This document shows, piece after piece, positions 22,301-30,753 of a stretch of DNA of 64,000 bases. Position numbers and translations under genes: made by a program. Source of the stretch: a virus (Duplodnaviria > Caudoviricetes). The DNA is taken from IMG/VR virus record IMGVR_UViG_3300008107_006173; one strand, 5' to 3'. The notes under the pieces are model-generated. The model was not told the origin of the DNA and ran no database searches. It worked only from the letters and a program-made list of their open reading frames with translations. Each line of letters begins with the position of its first letter. Within the stretch, counting starts at the first letter, position 1.

Positions 22301-25300
22301 AAGAAGAAGAAAGGTTTAGGCGACGGCTACTTTGGCGGTAAAAATCCTGCAGATGACAACATTTATTATCCATATGGCACCGGCAGCAATTCAACAACAC
22401 ATAAAACAGTTAGTGGTGTAAACGCTAACGGTAAACTAAGTGGTAAGAGCGTTGGTATTCCTATTGTTGACGTACCAACAGTCCCTACTTATTCAACTTA
22501 CGAATTTAAGGGTTACTATCGCGCACCAGTTGACGGCACTTATACCTTTAGCACTACATCAGACGATGCGTCATATGTTTGGATATCACCAAACGATGAT
22601 AAATCAGATGACGAGTACTATAAGGATAACGGATATCAACCAGGTAATCCAAAGAATTATACTCAGCAAAATGCTATTGTTGCTAACGGTGGTCTACATG
22701 GCGCAGTAACAAAATCCGGCACTATACAATTGAAGGCCGGCAACTATTACTTTGTTCGTGGTATCTTTGGTAATAACAAGGGACCTGGTAGCTTTATCTT
22801 TAGAGTTAAGCCACCCAACTCACCAGAAGAACCAGTCAGGTTTACTGGTAGAAAGTGTCCTAGTGATGATGGATATGTAGATCCGGCTACTTTAGCTGCT
22901 AATGATACAGCATTATATAATGTTGCGCCGGGGTCAAATACAGGCGGCGTTAGCAGCAACGATGGTCCTCTGCCTGATGATTTGCAGCGGGCAGTTAATG
23001 AAGCTATTGGCGTCCTTAACTTCTCTGGTTATTCACAGCCAGAAATGACTGGCACTACTTATATGCCAGCTAGCTTTAAGATTAGAAACACTAAGAAAGT
23101 TATAGACCCTCAAAGCTATGGATATTCTGTTGCACTCGACGGTAATAGATTCGTAAATGCTACTAGTCAGCGAGTTACGGGCGGATTTGTTATTCCTTTA
23201 GCTAAAAAGCTAACCGTTGTTTCAAGAACACCTCGTCCACTAGAGTCATCACAGGTTTCTTCGCAGCCATGGTTTAAGACATCGCAGTTAAATCTAGACA
23301 ATACATTTAGAGCTGTTAATTATAGTCCAAAGCGAATTGGCAGTACCTTTATGCTTGACACTATGGCAGTTCCGATTACCAATGTGGTTAACGGCATGGT
23401 TGTTACAAATAATAACAATGCTGGCGGCATTACATTATCACCTACCGGGCCGACCGTTCCGGGTACAGGTGTTTCCGAAAAACAAGTAATCGCAGAAACC
23501 AACGGCGGACTAACAGCCGCCACAAATAATACAATTATTGAAACTCCGCTAGCGGAAGCACCATTTGAAAATAGACAAGATAAAATTAAGTATACAGCTT
23601 TCCCAACTATTAACATTACCCCGCTCGTATATGATGCAAATGGTGCCCTTGTTCCAGCTGGTGCTCCTGCTATTGCTAGAATGGTAAAACCAACACCTAC
23701 CGCAAGTGTATCGGCACAGAATCTTGCAAACATACCACAAGGTTCTGAGCTTGTAATCAATGGCCGTACAATAATACCTGGTACAACAGCAGAAACATTT
23801 AAGGCACAAATTAACTGTGCTGACATTGGTATTCGCGCAGATATTAATAAAGCTACAGGTAACCTTGTACTAAGATCATGCTCAGATAATCCTTTCAATG
23901 TACAGAATGGTTGCGGACCAGGTAAACTAAAACAGGTAGCTGACTTCCATATCAGCAGAGGTTTTGATCAAAGCAGATCCGTAACTGCCGGCGAGAGCTA
24001 TACAGATAGAGCTCTAAATGTGTATGGTGTTGGCGACGAAGAAGGACTACCCATAGATACTGAATGGACTCAATTTGACAGTGACGATGAACTAGAATCA
24101 GTATTGAATCTAGGTAATTCAATTATTGGTGCTAGAACAACTACTGCTACAACCACAACAAACTTCTCTACTGGTGGTAGTGGATATAGTGTAGGCGACA
24201 GACTGAGACTAATTGGCGGTACACCTGTAAACAATACTCAAGGTCCACTAACATTAATGTGTATCGATGATCCAGGCTATGGATACACCGATGTAGGTAA
24301 TCTTCGCGTAGTAATCGGCGGCAATGACGCCCCTGGTTTTGGTGCTGAAGCTATTGTTACAGAGCTAGACGAATCAGGCGGTATCAAATTTATTGAAATG
24401 GTAAACTGGGGTATCGGTTACGATTCTCAAACACCACCAGATGTAAAGATTGTTGATATTGGTGAAAGATTTAATGGCCAGTACACTACAATTAATGCTC
24501 AGGATTTGGCATCAGTAGCTGGCTCTGTTTATAGCAGAGGCACTATCTTACTAGTTCAGGACACAACACAGCAAAACAATACGACTACTGTTAGAGAAAA
24601 GTTTTATAGAGTTGCTGCTGCAAACATTACAGTTTCTGCAACCACTTACAATGCTTCAGCTAATGCTACATTCTTAAGCAACAGTAATATTTCAATTAGC
24701 GGTAATGTTGCGACAGTAAAAGCCAATACTTGGGTAACATTGTTGTTTGCAGCATCAAATGAATATGCAAATGCAGCTAATAACTTTAACTTCTATGTAA
24801 GCAATGTAAATGTATCTAACACATTTACAGGCGCAGGTTCATTTACAGTTTCCGATAGATTCTTTGCTAATACAACTGTAGTAAATGCTCTAAACACAGG
24901 TGCTATTCAGTATACTGTAGTCGAACCATTAAACTACAGAGGACTAGTTGAAATTTGCGATCCTCGTTTAGGACGATCAAGCCCAATGGTTCATGCACGA
25001 ATTGGTATCGATCCAGCAACAGCCGAAGCAGGTGATGCAGGTGATGGCACAACAGATACAACATCACGCACTAAGGTACAGATGCTTGACAACTTTAGAT
25101 CACTAAACGGTCCATTGCGTATTGCTAAATTTATTGTTACTGGTACAGATGCTGAGGGTTCAATTACTGCTCTAAGAGTTATTGACAGAGGATTATATAA
25201 GGTATTCCCATCCGATCTAACAATGGGTATCCCACTAGAGTATGATTATGAACCAATTGGCCAAAACTCGTTCCCAGAACAAGCATTGGGCTTAGTTGAT

Positions 25301-28300
25301 CCTCTAAGAAATAATATTCTATACGGCGGTAGCCACCCTGAATATCAACAACCACCGTTTGTCAACACAGACGGGTCAAACATTAATCAAAATAACAAGC
25401 ATCCTGATTGGGCAGATCTAGACGAATATCGTCGAGTACTTGATCCAACAGCATTTAAAGGTTATAGACTTGTAAACGGTCAGCGTGTTAACGACCCTCT
25501 AGCATTTAATGACGGTGGTATCGGATACCGTTATGAATTGTTTAACGGCACACCTGGTGCATACGATCCGCTAACTTTTGTTTACATTGGCGGTCAATTT
25601 ATCAGCAAGCAACAGATTATCAATACTGATCCTGCTGATATTGATTTTGGCAACTACTTTGAGCCACGAGCAATTGCTGGCGGTTCAGGTGCAAGACTGT
25701 TCTTAACAGCAATGGAAGTTCCGGATTGCTCAGAAAAGGGCACAGCGAAGGAAGCATTAGGTTTACCAGATACGGTAGCAGATGTTAGTGCGCCAGAAGT
25801 TGTTGCTTTACAAATGAACAACGCACTTGCTGATGCAGGCTATCGACCTAGAGATATTTCAGTAGATGTTGTACCAGTTGGTGTTGGCATTGATCAAGTT
25901 GATATTAAAACACCTGGCTTCCCTGGAGTTCGAATCACTGGCACACCCGGCTTCCCAGAGAAATTAGGTATACCTGTTGGTGACTATTTCAACGGTATGC
26001 TATGTATCGAAGCTACATTAAGCACACCAAATCTAACAGGTCAGCAGGCTACTGCACAAATTGAAGAACTATATAAGAATAGTGCATTTGGGCTCTTAAC
26101 ACCAGAACAGGATGCAGCAAATTATGGCCCTGAAGGTTATAATACTGTTGAACCACCACAGGTACTATCACTGTTGTGCGTTAACAGTATCCAAACTGAT
26201 CCAAATAGCTGGTTTGGCAATCTAAACAAGGGTTCTGCACAGAATCCAACTGATTTTAGACTAAAACCACCTGTTGAAGGGCTAGACACTGGCCTAGGCC
26301 TACCAGGCGATTTAGAGTTCATCAATGAATTGTATGAATATGATATTCAAACTATCTTTGGTGAAAATGTAAACTTAATCGGTAACACTAATAGACAAAC
26401 AACCAATGTGTTTGTGTTTGAAAGCAAGCGTTTCCTCAATGTTGATCTTGTTGAAGAAGTCGATGCTACAGATACTTCAAATATTAGTTTAGCTACAGAA
26501 CCTAAAGTTTGGATCGACAGTTACTTTAACACTGATCCTGCAAATGTATCCATGACAGGGTTCACAGACGGTGGTTGGGCATATCTAGAATACGGTGTCC
26601 CTAAGCGTTGGCAGACACCGCTAACCAATCCTAACTATGTGAAGAATGTAATTCTTTATAATCAGGATGATGGTGCTAAGATTACAGACTTTGAATTTTG
26701 GGATCCGTTTAAGGGTATTATTCCAGGATTTATTCGCAACGAAATACATTTCGTTGGAACTAGCGATCCAGTAAACTATAATAATGCTCGCACTAACTTT
26801 GGCCAAAACAATATTGGTAAGGTATGGTGGGATACCAGCACACTTCGCTACATGTGGTACGAACAGGGCAGCGATATTGAGCGTTGGAAGAACTGGGGCA
26901 GAACCTTCCCGGGAAGTACAATTACAGTATGCGAATGGGTAGAAAGCCGCGCACTACCACAAAACTGGACAGGTGACGGTACCCCTCGTTGGCTAGATAG
27001 ATATGTAACTGAAAGAAGATACGATGAAGTAAATGAGAAGTATGAAAACTTCTACTATTACTGGGTACAAAATCGTGCTAAACTAGATCCTAGATTAGTA
27101 GAGCAACTGGGTAGAAAACATGACACTGAAACATTAGCTAAGTTTATCGCTAACCCAAGTGGTTACGGTCTAAACTTAGTTAGCTTTGTTAGTGAAAACT
27201 CATTTGTTCTAAACAACATTGGGCAGATACTACCTGAGGATAGCGGTGTAATTCAAATCAATCTAAGCCGTAATTTAAATGCAGATGGCATTAAGCATAC
27301 TGCATGGAAACTAATGCGCGAAGGCGACAACAACAGCATAGTACCAGAACACTTATCTGAGAAACTAATTGACAGCCTATGCGGTGAAAACGCTGTTGGC
27401 GAATTTGTTCCAGATAGACGACTAAGCAATGTAGAGCGTTATGGCATCAGTTTCCGTCCACGTCAAACTATGTTTGATGACATGTGGGAAGCAAGACGAG
27501 TAATGACATATGTGCTAAATGAAATTCTAGCAGATATTAAGCTAAACTCAATCTATCCAAACTGGGATGCTAATTTAGAACCTAGCAATGTATTTGAATC
27601 CGCCACTTGGTACGAAGTAAGATACATTGATCAGTCAACTAACACTAAAGTAAGATACGATAGCAGTTATAAGCCAATTTACAATGTTTCCAGCATCAGT
27701 GAACTTGAATCTAATCTAAATGTTCCTGACGGTACTGTATTGCAGGTCAAAGGATCAACCGGAGACCGGGCACAGCTTTGGATGTTTGATTATGAATCGC
27801 AGTCATACAAATTGATTGCTATTGAAAATGAAACTATTAAGATTAAAAATTCAGTATACAATTCATCGTCATTCCCAGAAACAGAGCCGGCAGATTTAAG
27901 AAGCCTGCTAGAAGCTCTGAGAGATAATGTATTCAATAATACTCAGTATTGGAATGTGTTGTTCTTTGCTCTAATGAAACATGCTTATATGGAGCAAGGT
28001 GAACTATCATGGGCATTTAAGACTTCATATGTTTATGTAGAAAAGGATGAAGAAGATCTAATTGAGTTCGTTGGCTTCAAGCCAGAGAACTTTGAAAAGG
28101 TTATCGAATACATGAACGAAGCCAAGCCGTTCACTGCTAAGATTCGTGAGTACAAGGACGGCAAGCGAGCACCAACAGAAGTTATTGGTGTTGGTATGAT
28201 CAGTGACTTTGATAAGCCACCATATCCAGATCCATTGACAGGCAATATTAGAATACTCGATGACTTCGTGTTAGATGATGCTAATATTTTAGCCAACGAC

Positions 28301-30028
28301 GATAGATACATCAATTACAACAGTATTCTAGACAAGAACGCTGCACCATTTAGACGCAGTACAACAACAATTGTATTTGATAGAACTAACTGGGAAATGA
28401 CCCAAACTGGATTCAATGCAAATACAACAACAATAAATCGCAGCATCGCTAGAAACATAGCGAACCTATCAATGCAGTCAAATGCAGAAGTTTCAGCTAA
28501 TGCTAATACTAGAGCTGTTGATCGTATCTTCAAGTTTGATTCAGAAGTGCAATCAATGTTCGTTGAAGAAGTCATTGCACACGATCCTGCAAATAACATT
28601 GCTAATTTCAACAATGTTGTAATAGATGCTAACTACCTAACAGATGTTATCAATCTTGGTAACTTGTCATTGACATTAGCACTAGTTAAGGATAAAGTTG
28701 GTGGTAACTTCAGAGGCGATGTTCTAGATGCAAATGTCTTTACTAATGCTGTATTTGGACTAGATACAACAACAGATTACTTGGATGTATTTGCCTGGGA
28801 TACTGCTGCATGGGACAGCTTTGAATGGGATGAAAGAATTGATGTAATTAACTATCAAGGCATCTTCAGTGAGAGTGTTCAGGGCAATATAACTTTCCGT
28901 AGAAACAACACTACCTATGAAGGCTTCGATGGCGTAACATTCAAGCGTGTTCTCTACGGTGAAGAGCGTCCAGAAGAAATGGTAATGTTAAGCCCGCTGG
29001 AATCAATGATCATGCGTGTTACAACAAATATCTATCCAAGCGGTAATAATTTAACTATCTCAAATGTAACAACAACATTAGTATCTTTTGATGCTGCTGG
29101 TTCCCCATATGATTCTGCAAGTTTAGCAAACTATGATTATAGCGGAAATATTACGCTGTTATCTAATGGTATTGTATCAGTAGGGTCGAGCAATGTATTC
29201 TATGTAAATGCAACAATGAGTAATGCTACTGTTACATTCCCTGCAGATAGGGATACTACATTCCCTGCACTGGTGCAATTGTATGCAAACGGTAACTTGA
29301 TTATACCTCAGGGTACATCAACAAACACTCTGTATATACCAAGTGCAAATGCAAATACATTCTTCTATGTAAGCAATGTAACAGCAAATACAATTACTGG
29401 AGCAGGTACATTTACAATTGAGGATGATTACTTTACAAGCGCAAATATTGCAGCACTAGCAAATGCCAATGTGCAGTATAGAATTGGTGTTTACACATCG
29501 ATTGATCTGTTTGATGAAGCTGTAACAAATGCAACAATAGTATCAGCTAACACAGCAAGTGCTAATGCAAGTAATGTTCAGTATCAAATACATCAAAATC
29601 TATTTGGTCAGACAGAATATTTGAGAATCCTAGAAAACAATAAGACTACACTAGCAGCTAATGTGTTCAATTACTCTACAGAAATTACAGTAGTTGACTC
29701 TAGCGGTTTCGCTGATCCAAGACCACAAGTTCCTGGTGTATTGTGGCTAGGCTCTGAAAAAGTACTATACGAAAGAAAAACTGGTAACACATTTGGTGGA
29801 TTAACCAGAGGTGTAGCAGGTACTGCTATACAAAATTGGGTAGTTATGGATGTTACTGGCGCCCCAATTGCAGTAGAAGTATTCCCCGGCGACGGCGAAG
29901 AAACATTTAATGACTTGAACCCCGAATCTAATGTTTGGTTAGATACAGGGGCAAGCAGTCTAGCAGATCTTGGTAATGCAGACGTTTCAAACGTCACAAG
30001 TATTATGAAATTCTTACACGATCTATAA
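13394..30028 (+). CDS. Giant virion/tail-associated protein (5,544 aa) with repeated beta modules, a PA14-like domain and a hydrophobic segment; probably the continuation of 8545..13323
   Basis: Uninterrupted 16.6-kb frame, open from 13313 (SPVEYAWKSSPVYPFAVAEALLLAKPG). The TTG at 13394 has no Shine-Dalgarno; the first in-frame ATG is 13664. Confidence 0.8.
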   Translation: MFAAEFSDPTNILRPTANPLLLLNKVSRKRWDFASEADFRIHGTFDADDNFITNIGYTQFINSWINFQGLDQTDDFAKKLRSLNVKLGHRMAGFIDEDTTVVRTDQYSTTGKATSLIVPKENITVQVHNSPYKTRNFYSGVIIEKTLTGYKVRGFDKNYGYFDTFETDKTKGRERIQVGGKPADFVAWDPGVPYKKDTIVQWQNGFYRAPKFINATTTFDARQWKRLPSLPQTGGASATLYQVPTENIVRVDYETEFTSVDDLYDFLIGLGYYHQSQGYDLNDFDESINEVRNWSYAAKQFLFWTTGRWEVGNTLELSPLARKIAFEAPRGFISKINRTDREQFTILDQDGIAITPTECEILREDNRIEITPPEGKQIYGLVLFTKEIEHAITVDNTTIFNDVIFDTRFNQRHTRLKIKATRTKGWKGRLLTEGFIVNGSELLPNLDNMAESLGRYHELGFIPVEKAIYKAARGMFGFEERDYLKDLDISEDDQFEFYRGMIQNKGTSESLRKIAASNIVVQGNVAVYDEWALRVADFGDTDNNQSVELKLEKSEIVNDPQLITLAFPEDITGIVEKIDVIKRRYKYYGAPEIVISAPTTGTTRIQAIATATLNASRELDSITVIDQGAGYAIPVGVTIIAGNVVTDTVDTTFQRVTAISTGDWIATTGAELSGNVIITDHFGNSNVSVNLSNVTSAADIVTAINSSPGLGGNITAAAFRSEVEEIFNANALTAGVTYQIVSVGSTNFMLIGAANNNVGTAFVASGPGTGTGTANAVVANYTLTITGNDFSIVSAAANLHLTPGRYQPAQRYSVVGANTTVAGNITVTVDGVEVNQFVNGANSSGGYNWTFDEGDRWRHELQGQLGPSGSFTYTLGTGTEHSSSNIAAENNYVVDGEYNHLKLYINGFHTGYTDVEVPNQLLLENSAVAGSTEYQNVWEVNGSGNEITLYIDRLPNSVKYFSATSNNSWILPATNPNKVSDPKTLIKVVEDGTIQFTNDYRGDLPNSVLNIVVKVQDGIAIKLGAGRSYEITPEIAGDDIILFDIDDADRFLKKPSGVREYNLWPTTKQINFTGIWDNAFLRIPNAGYVNPANVNFMSYSIADLPDLFSDNIIVKPAGGHLIHVAVSENKDWNVYKLAPIDSRISFLHQAQGSDSAKLVTNNSLFNYLDSNMIGEADTARYLDYFLTLKNADVSDNVVVWTNERIIQQRQADITNPKAPRMIEARIKSIGPAPGSNIAIADYKPITTKIYADVQVSNSAAANTLVLNFRNVHNIKENDAITLAATSGVQYYSNATVVLNSAGNVTFTSVSSLPSEFTAPAYVTLYTEDANIYNKSVYVQSVNVAAGTFTVTNSYFADSNVLVGLGNIDYLLNVTPNYDAGNTDVYYLASNVTSRKLEISGPELANIVSGVQYNAVASNVFFNGNGNISIETFDFIPTNFKVPGNITLYASGDSTANGNVYYVESIDRRGGFIQEEDMAFPVATSLVVKDPYFSNANIIYNANANVTFNSYGNITINSAGAIPANFAVPGYVKLRIGPGGLTSSNNRPVYVTAANLTTNTFTVINDGLFTTANATANLNVVGYSLELPSNTVSGLGNVSFTLTVPSTVEVQHMDRTKIITDDAHSVEIGQVVRIFSNAFTGTYTVRSTPDDRSIEIDAPFTYNDDRTGWLIKKGLQIKTTDPHGISPEYARNRKRIAIHFADPRLYNDIYFIDEITPDSIIVKDRMPLEGIASVYLDRVQAYVRNANLSTRTVQITNNGLLSETTIIYTANSQLVPANAYSINSTNIVFDANILDANSSVSTGFTIFREMDVAEDRYPILTTLDHGVVKLNGIDLSITSYNNLQGTVDAINREMNLRRAAISSRGNTMSVSFNMLSDIHTELPVPAGTKNFVPSRQVNNSTVGNLPINSVANGSQLGTNTTAASFAPAYQIGNYGPYVRDENTIIALSNRDVITGNLILSSGNETSIDPTFNKGPIRVGPLRGITYTDLMTGQRYLWNFEIGKYVRIQQPRAYTADPADEFSIGLDTLRSEIAYNPDPAFSDGTDTGAGVNPEHERDLIADPTEEDQDTTELPQQPPNHVDTAPVLTVLAGNGPTSYIDPTAMGKKRPIYDLSATRGGNVSTSPNGADTAFSVFANPRWALKAVSTSAGWLIEVYENVKNNKTPFANYYWILVDKVWPPSFPHDFWGTINANSEFGEEPIETSYYYTDTEFTGNIDLQTDSVSANEAYYIDIPPVEPAFYIGKQLIPEPFAVSGGNNANAAVTWAKLPPSVIGASAPNLKDTKITVNATGYNSFLMWAPGLTPGKWDPQVEGPGHLNGFAGYPTFWGYGVGYYDNTGGGQSPTSFISGGTDPYPGAATEGWSTRQPRFKYSKNFTVFPLKNNDVNELANSVILDGQTNHDNPANTLVRADDIFVACFWTEAHTYKKQLVGYNYKNFDAEGNPAPIYKDYNGTVTRVKYIRISELPANAVLRRPIPDTGWGGKGWKNLVTDTVKLPGEYNPVPGDANNPWSTFDLTSLPSGSTGEDADDTTPAPIGDPQVIAQGDQTAPLSGGRGLGRANNDLSLAVPVSPTGPFLHGGALEALPGPCQLSPVVIPPSTDLPCYNRPSQIYTTLKTELDGNALTKTGIVAAANISSNSATISKGLIIDSVRIASTNALVLANAYTYAPANGILTFSNSVLSANANVNTDFLVNGSIHEEHTVIVVGNNPFYVFFDFSSPDIVANGVTIEQSDDISFGKSNVTTADIKLVTTTMQTPISEGGVSRVNDGQQIGVYGVTNIPRFSTNLLPEVNSAFGIDNPVAIGETKRLKLERLEAIDRYGQYNGVKNIGFIARTIDCRNGQYVRVSVNKGAGNKTGKYKLLLIYTGVEEDPMDPNNGFLATCPDRAAPSRVYRAGARIEQFTYSDAKRKKRVSSTTGAAVGAVGGVAAAAAGVTAGAAAVGASVVGATIAAAIPVIGIGLAVGALLSGLFGKKKKGLGDGYFGGKNPADDNIYYPYGTGSNSTTHKTVSGVNANGKLSGKSVGIPIVDVPTVPTYSTYEFKGYYRAPVDGTYTFSTTSDDASYVWISPNDDKSDDEYYKDNGYQPGNPKNYTQQNAIVANGGLHGAVTKSGTIQLKAGNYYFVRGIFGNNKGPGSFIFRVKPPNSPEEPVRFTGRKCPSDDGYVDPATLAANDTALYNVAPGSNTGGVSSNDGPLPDDLQRAVNEAIGVLNFSGYSQPEMTGTTYMPASFKIRNTKKVIDPQSYGYSVALDGNRFVNATSQRVTGGFVIPLAKKLTVVSRTPRPLESSQVSSQPWFKTSQLNLDNTFRAVNYSPKRIGSTFMLDTMAVPITNVVNGMVVTNNNNAGGITLSPTGPTVPGTGVSEKQVIAETNGGLTAATNNTIIETPLAEAPFENRQDKIKYTAFPTINITPLVYDANGALVPAGAPAIARMVKPTPTASVSAQNLANIPQGSELVINGRTIIPGTTAETFKAQINCADIGIRADINKATGNLVLRSCSDNPFNVQNGCGPGKLKQVADFHISRGFDQSRSVTAGESYTDRALNVYGVGDEEGLPIDTEWTQFDSDDELESVLNLGNSIIGARTTTATTTTNFSTGGSGYSVGDRLRLIGGTPVNNTQGPLTLMCIDDPGYGYTDVGNLRVVIGGNDAPGFGAEAIVTELDESGGIKFIEMVNWGIGYDSQTPPDVKIVDIGERFNGQYTTINAQDLASVAGSVYSRGTILLVQDTTQQNNTTTVREKFYRVAAANITVSATTYNASANATFLSNSNISISGNVATVKANTWVTLLFAASNEYANAANNFNFYVSNVNVSNTFTGAGSFTVSDRFFANTTVVNALNTGAIQYTVVEPLNYRGLVEICDPRLGRSSPMVHARIGIDPATAEAGDAGDGTTDTTSRTKVQMLDNFRSLNGPLRIAKFIVTGTDAEGSITALRVIDRGLYKVFPSDLTMGIPLEYDYEPIGQNSFPEQALGLVDPLRNNILYGGSHPEYQQPPFVNTDGSNINQNNKHPDWADLDEYRRVLDPTAFKGYRLVNGQRVNDPLAFNDGGIGYRYELFNGTPGAYDPLTFVYIGGQFISKQQIINTDPADIDFGNYFEPRAIAGGSGARLFLTAMEVPDCSEKGTAKEALGLPDTVADVSAPEVVALQMNNALADAGYRPRDISVDVVPVGVGIDQVDIKTPGFPGVRITGTPGFPEKLGIPVGDYFNGMLCIEATLSTPNLTGQQATAQIEELYKNSAFGLLTPEQDAANYGPEGYNTVEPPQVLSLLCVNSIQTDPNSWFGNLNKGSAQNPTDFRLKPPVEGLDTGLGLPGDLEFINELYEYDIQTIFGENVNLIGNTNRQTTNVFVFESKRFLNVDLVEEVDATDTSNISLATEPKVWIDSYFNTDPANVSMTGFTDGGWAYLEYGVPKRWQTPLTNPNYVKNVILYNQDDGAKITDFEFWDPFKGIIPGFIRNEIHFVGTSDPVNYNNARTNFGQNNIGKVWWDTSTLRYMWYEQGSDIERWKNWGRTFPGSTITVCEWVESRALPQNWTGDGTPRWLDRYVTERRYDEVNEKYENFYYYWVQNRAKLDPRLVEQLGRKHDTETLAKFIANPSGYGLNLVSFVSENSFVLNNIGQILPEDSGVIQINLSRNLNADGIKHTAWKLMREGDNNSIVPEHLSEKLIDSLCGENAVGEFVPDRRLSNVERYGISFRPRQTMFDDMWEARRVMTYVLNEILADIKLNSIYPNWDANLEPSNVFESATWYEVRYIDQSTNTKVRYDSSYKPIYNVSSISELESNLNVPDGTVLQVKGSTGDRAQLWMFDYESQSYKLIAIENETIKIKNSVYNSSSFPETEPADLRSLLEALRDNVFNNTQYWNVLFFALMKHAYMEQGELSWAFKTSYVYVEKDEEDLIEFVGFKPENFEKVIEYMNEAKPFTAKIREYKDGKRAPTEVIGVGMISDFDKPPYPDPLTGNIRILDDFVLDDANILANDDRYINYNSILDKNAAPFRRSTTTIVFDRTNWEMTQTGFNANTTTINRSIARNIANLSMQSNAEVSANANTRAVDRIFKFDSEVQSMFVEEVIAHDPANNIANFNNVVIDANYLTDVINLGNLSLTLALVKDKVGGNFRGDVLDANVFTNAVFGLDTTTDYLDVFAWDTAAWDSFEWDERIDVINYQGIFSESVQGNITFRRNNTTYEGFDGVTFKRVLYGEERPEEMVMLSPLESMIMRVTTNIYPSGNNLTISNVTTTLVSFDAAGSPYDSASLANYDYSGNITLLSNGIVSVGSSNVFYVNATMSNATVTFPADRDTTFPALVQLYANGNLIIPQGTSTNTLYIPSANANTFFYVSNVTANTITGAGTFTIEDDYFTSANIAALANANVQYRIGVYTSIDLFDEAVTNATIVSANTASANASNVQYQIHQNLFGQTEYLRILENNKTTLAANVFNYSTEITVVDSSGFADPRPQVPGVLWLGSEKVLYERKTGNTFGGLTRGVAGTAIQNWVVMDVTGAPIAVEVFPGDGEETFNDLNPESNVWLDTGASSLADLGNADVSNVTSIMKFLHDL
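22495..22815 (+). other. PA14-like carbohydrate-binding domain within the giant protein
   Basis: YEFKGYYRAPVDGTYTFSTTSDDASYVWI...NGGLHGAVTKSGTIQLKAGNYYFVRGIFGNNKGPG, including the PA14 SDD motif. Confidence 0.8.
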
Positions 30029-30063
30029 TTAAGTAGAGTTATAATACAGAGAATGAAAAAAGT

Positions 30064-30071
30064 GATAAATA
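30064..30071 (+). promoter_or_regulatory. T4-late-like promoter GATAAATA
   Basis: Lies upstream of the ATGs at 30080 and 30113. Confidence 0.55.
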
Positions 30072-30079
30072 AACACAAT

Positions 30080-30739
30080 ATGCTAGCAAGTAATGAAAAG
30101 GGTGATAGTTTGATGAATAGCGAAAAAGATACACAATCTGAGCGCGAACCAGACGATACAGCCGGTCTTAATATGAGCGGTCACATTCTTATCCGCGATA
30201 AAAAAACAGGCGAAGAGTTGGTTAATAAGCGTAACGCTATCCACTACGGCAACATGGCAAACATGGTTGCCAACGCATTAAACAACGCTCAGGGTGCATA
30301 TCTACAATATTTGGCTTTTGGCAATGGCGCTACTAGCGTTGATACTTCTGGACGAGTAATTTATAAAACTCCGCGTGTTAGCGAAGCATACGAAAGTAGT
30401 GCTAGCTTATACAGTAGAACCTATAAGAAAATTATTTCAGGCGGAACTGCTACAGATAAAATTGAAATTTTACCTGGCCCAAGCTATACAGATATTAAAG
30501 TAACATGTACACTAGGATACGACGAACCCAACGATCAAGACGTATTTGACCAGAGTACAACAAACGAAGGCGATTATATTTTTGATGAGATTGGATTATT
30601 CAGTTATCCATCAGATCCAACCGCTGCCGACCCGATCGATACCAGTACCATGCTAACACATGTTATTTTTCATCCTGTGCAAAAATCACAGAATAGAATA
30701 ATTGAAATCATTTATACTGTTAGAATACAGTTGAGCTAA
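30080..30739 (+). CDS. Conserved structural protein, probably a tail-fibre/baseplate adaptor
   Basis: GHILIRD...LVNKRNAIHY...LAFGNG...YIFDEIGL...MLTHVIFHPVQKSQNRIIEIIYTVRIQ; sits directly before the fibre gene. Start could be 30080 or 30113. Confidence 0.7.
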   Translation: MLASNEKGDSLMNSEKDTQSEREPDDTAGLNMSGHILIRDKKTGEELVNKRNAIHYGNMANMVANALNNAQGAYLQYLAFGNGATSVDTSGRVIYKTPRVSEAYESSASLYSRTYKKIISGGTATDKIEILPGPSYTDIKVTCTLGYDEPNDQDVFDQSTTNEGDYIFDEIGLFSYPSDPTAADPIDTSTMLTHVIFHPVQKSQNRIIEIIYTVRIQLS

Positions 30740-30753
30740 TTGAGGAAAAAGAA

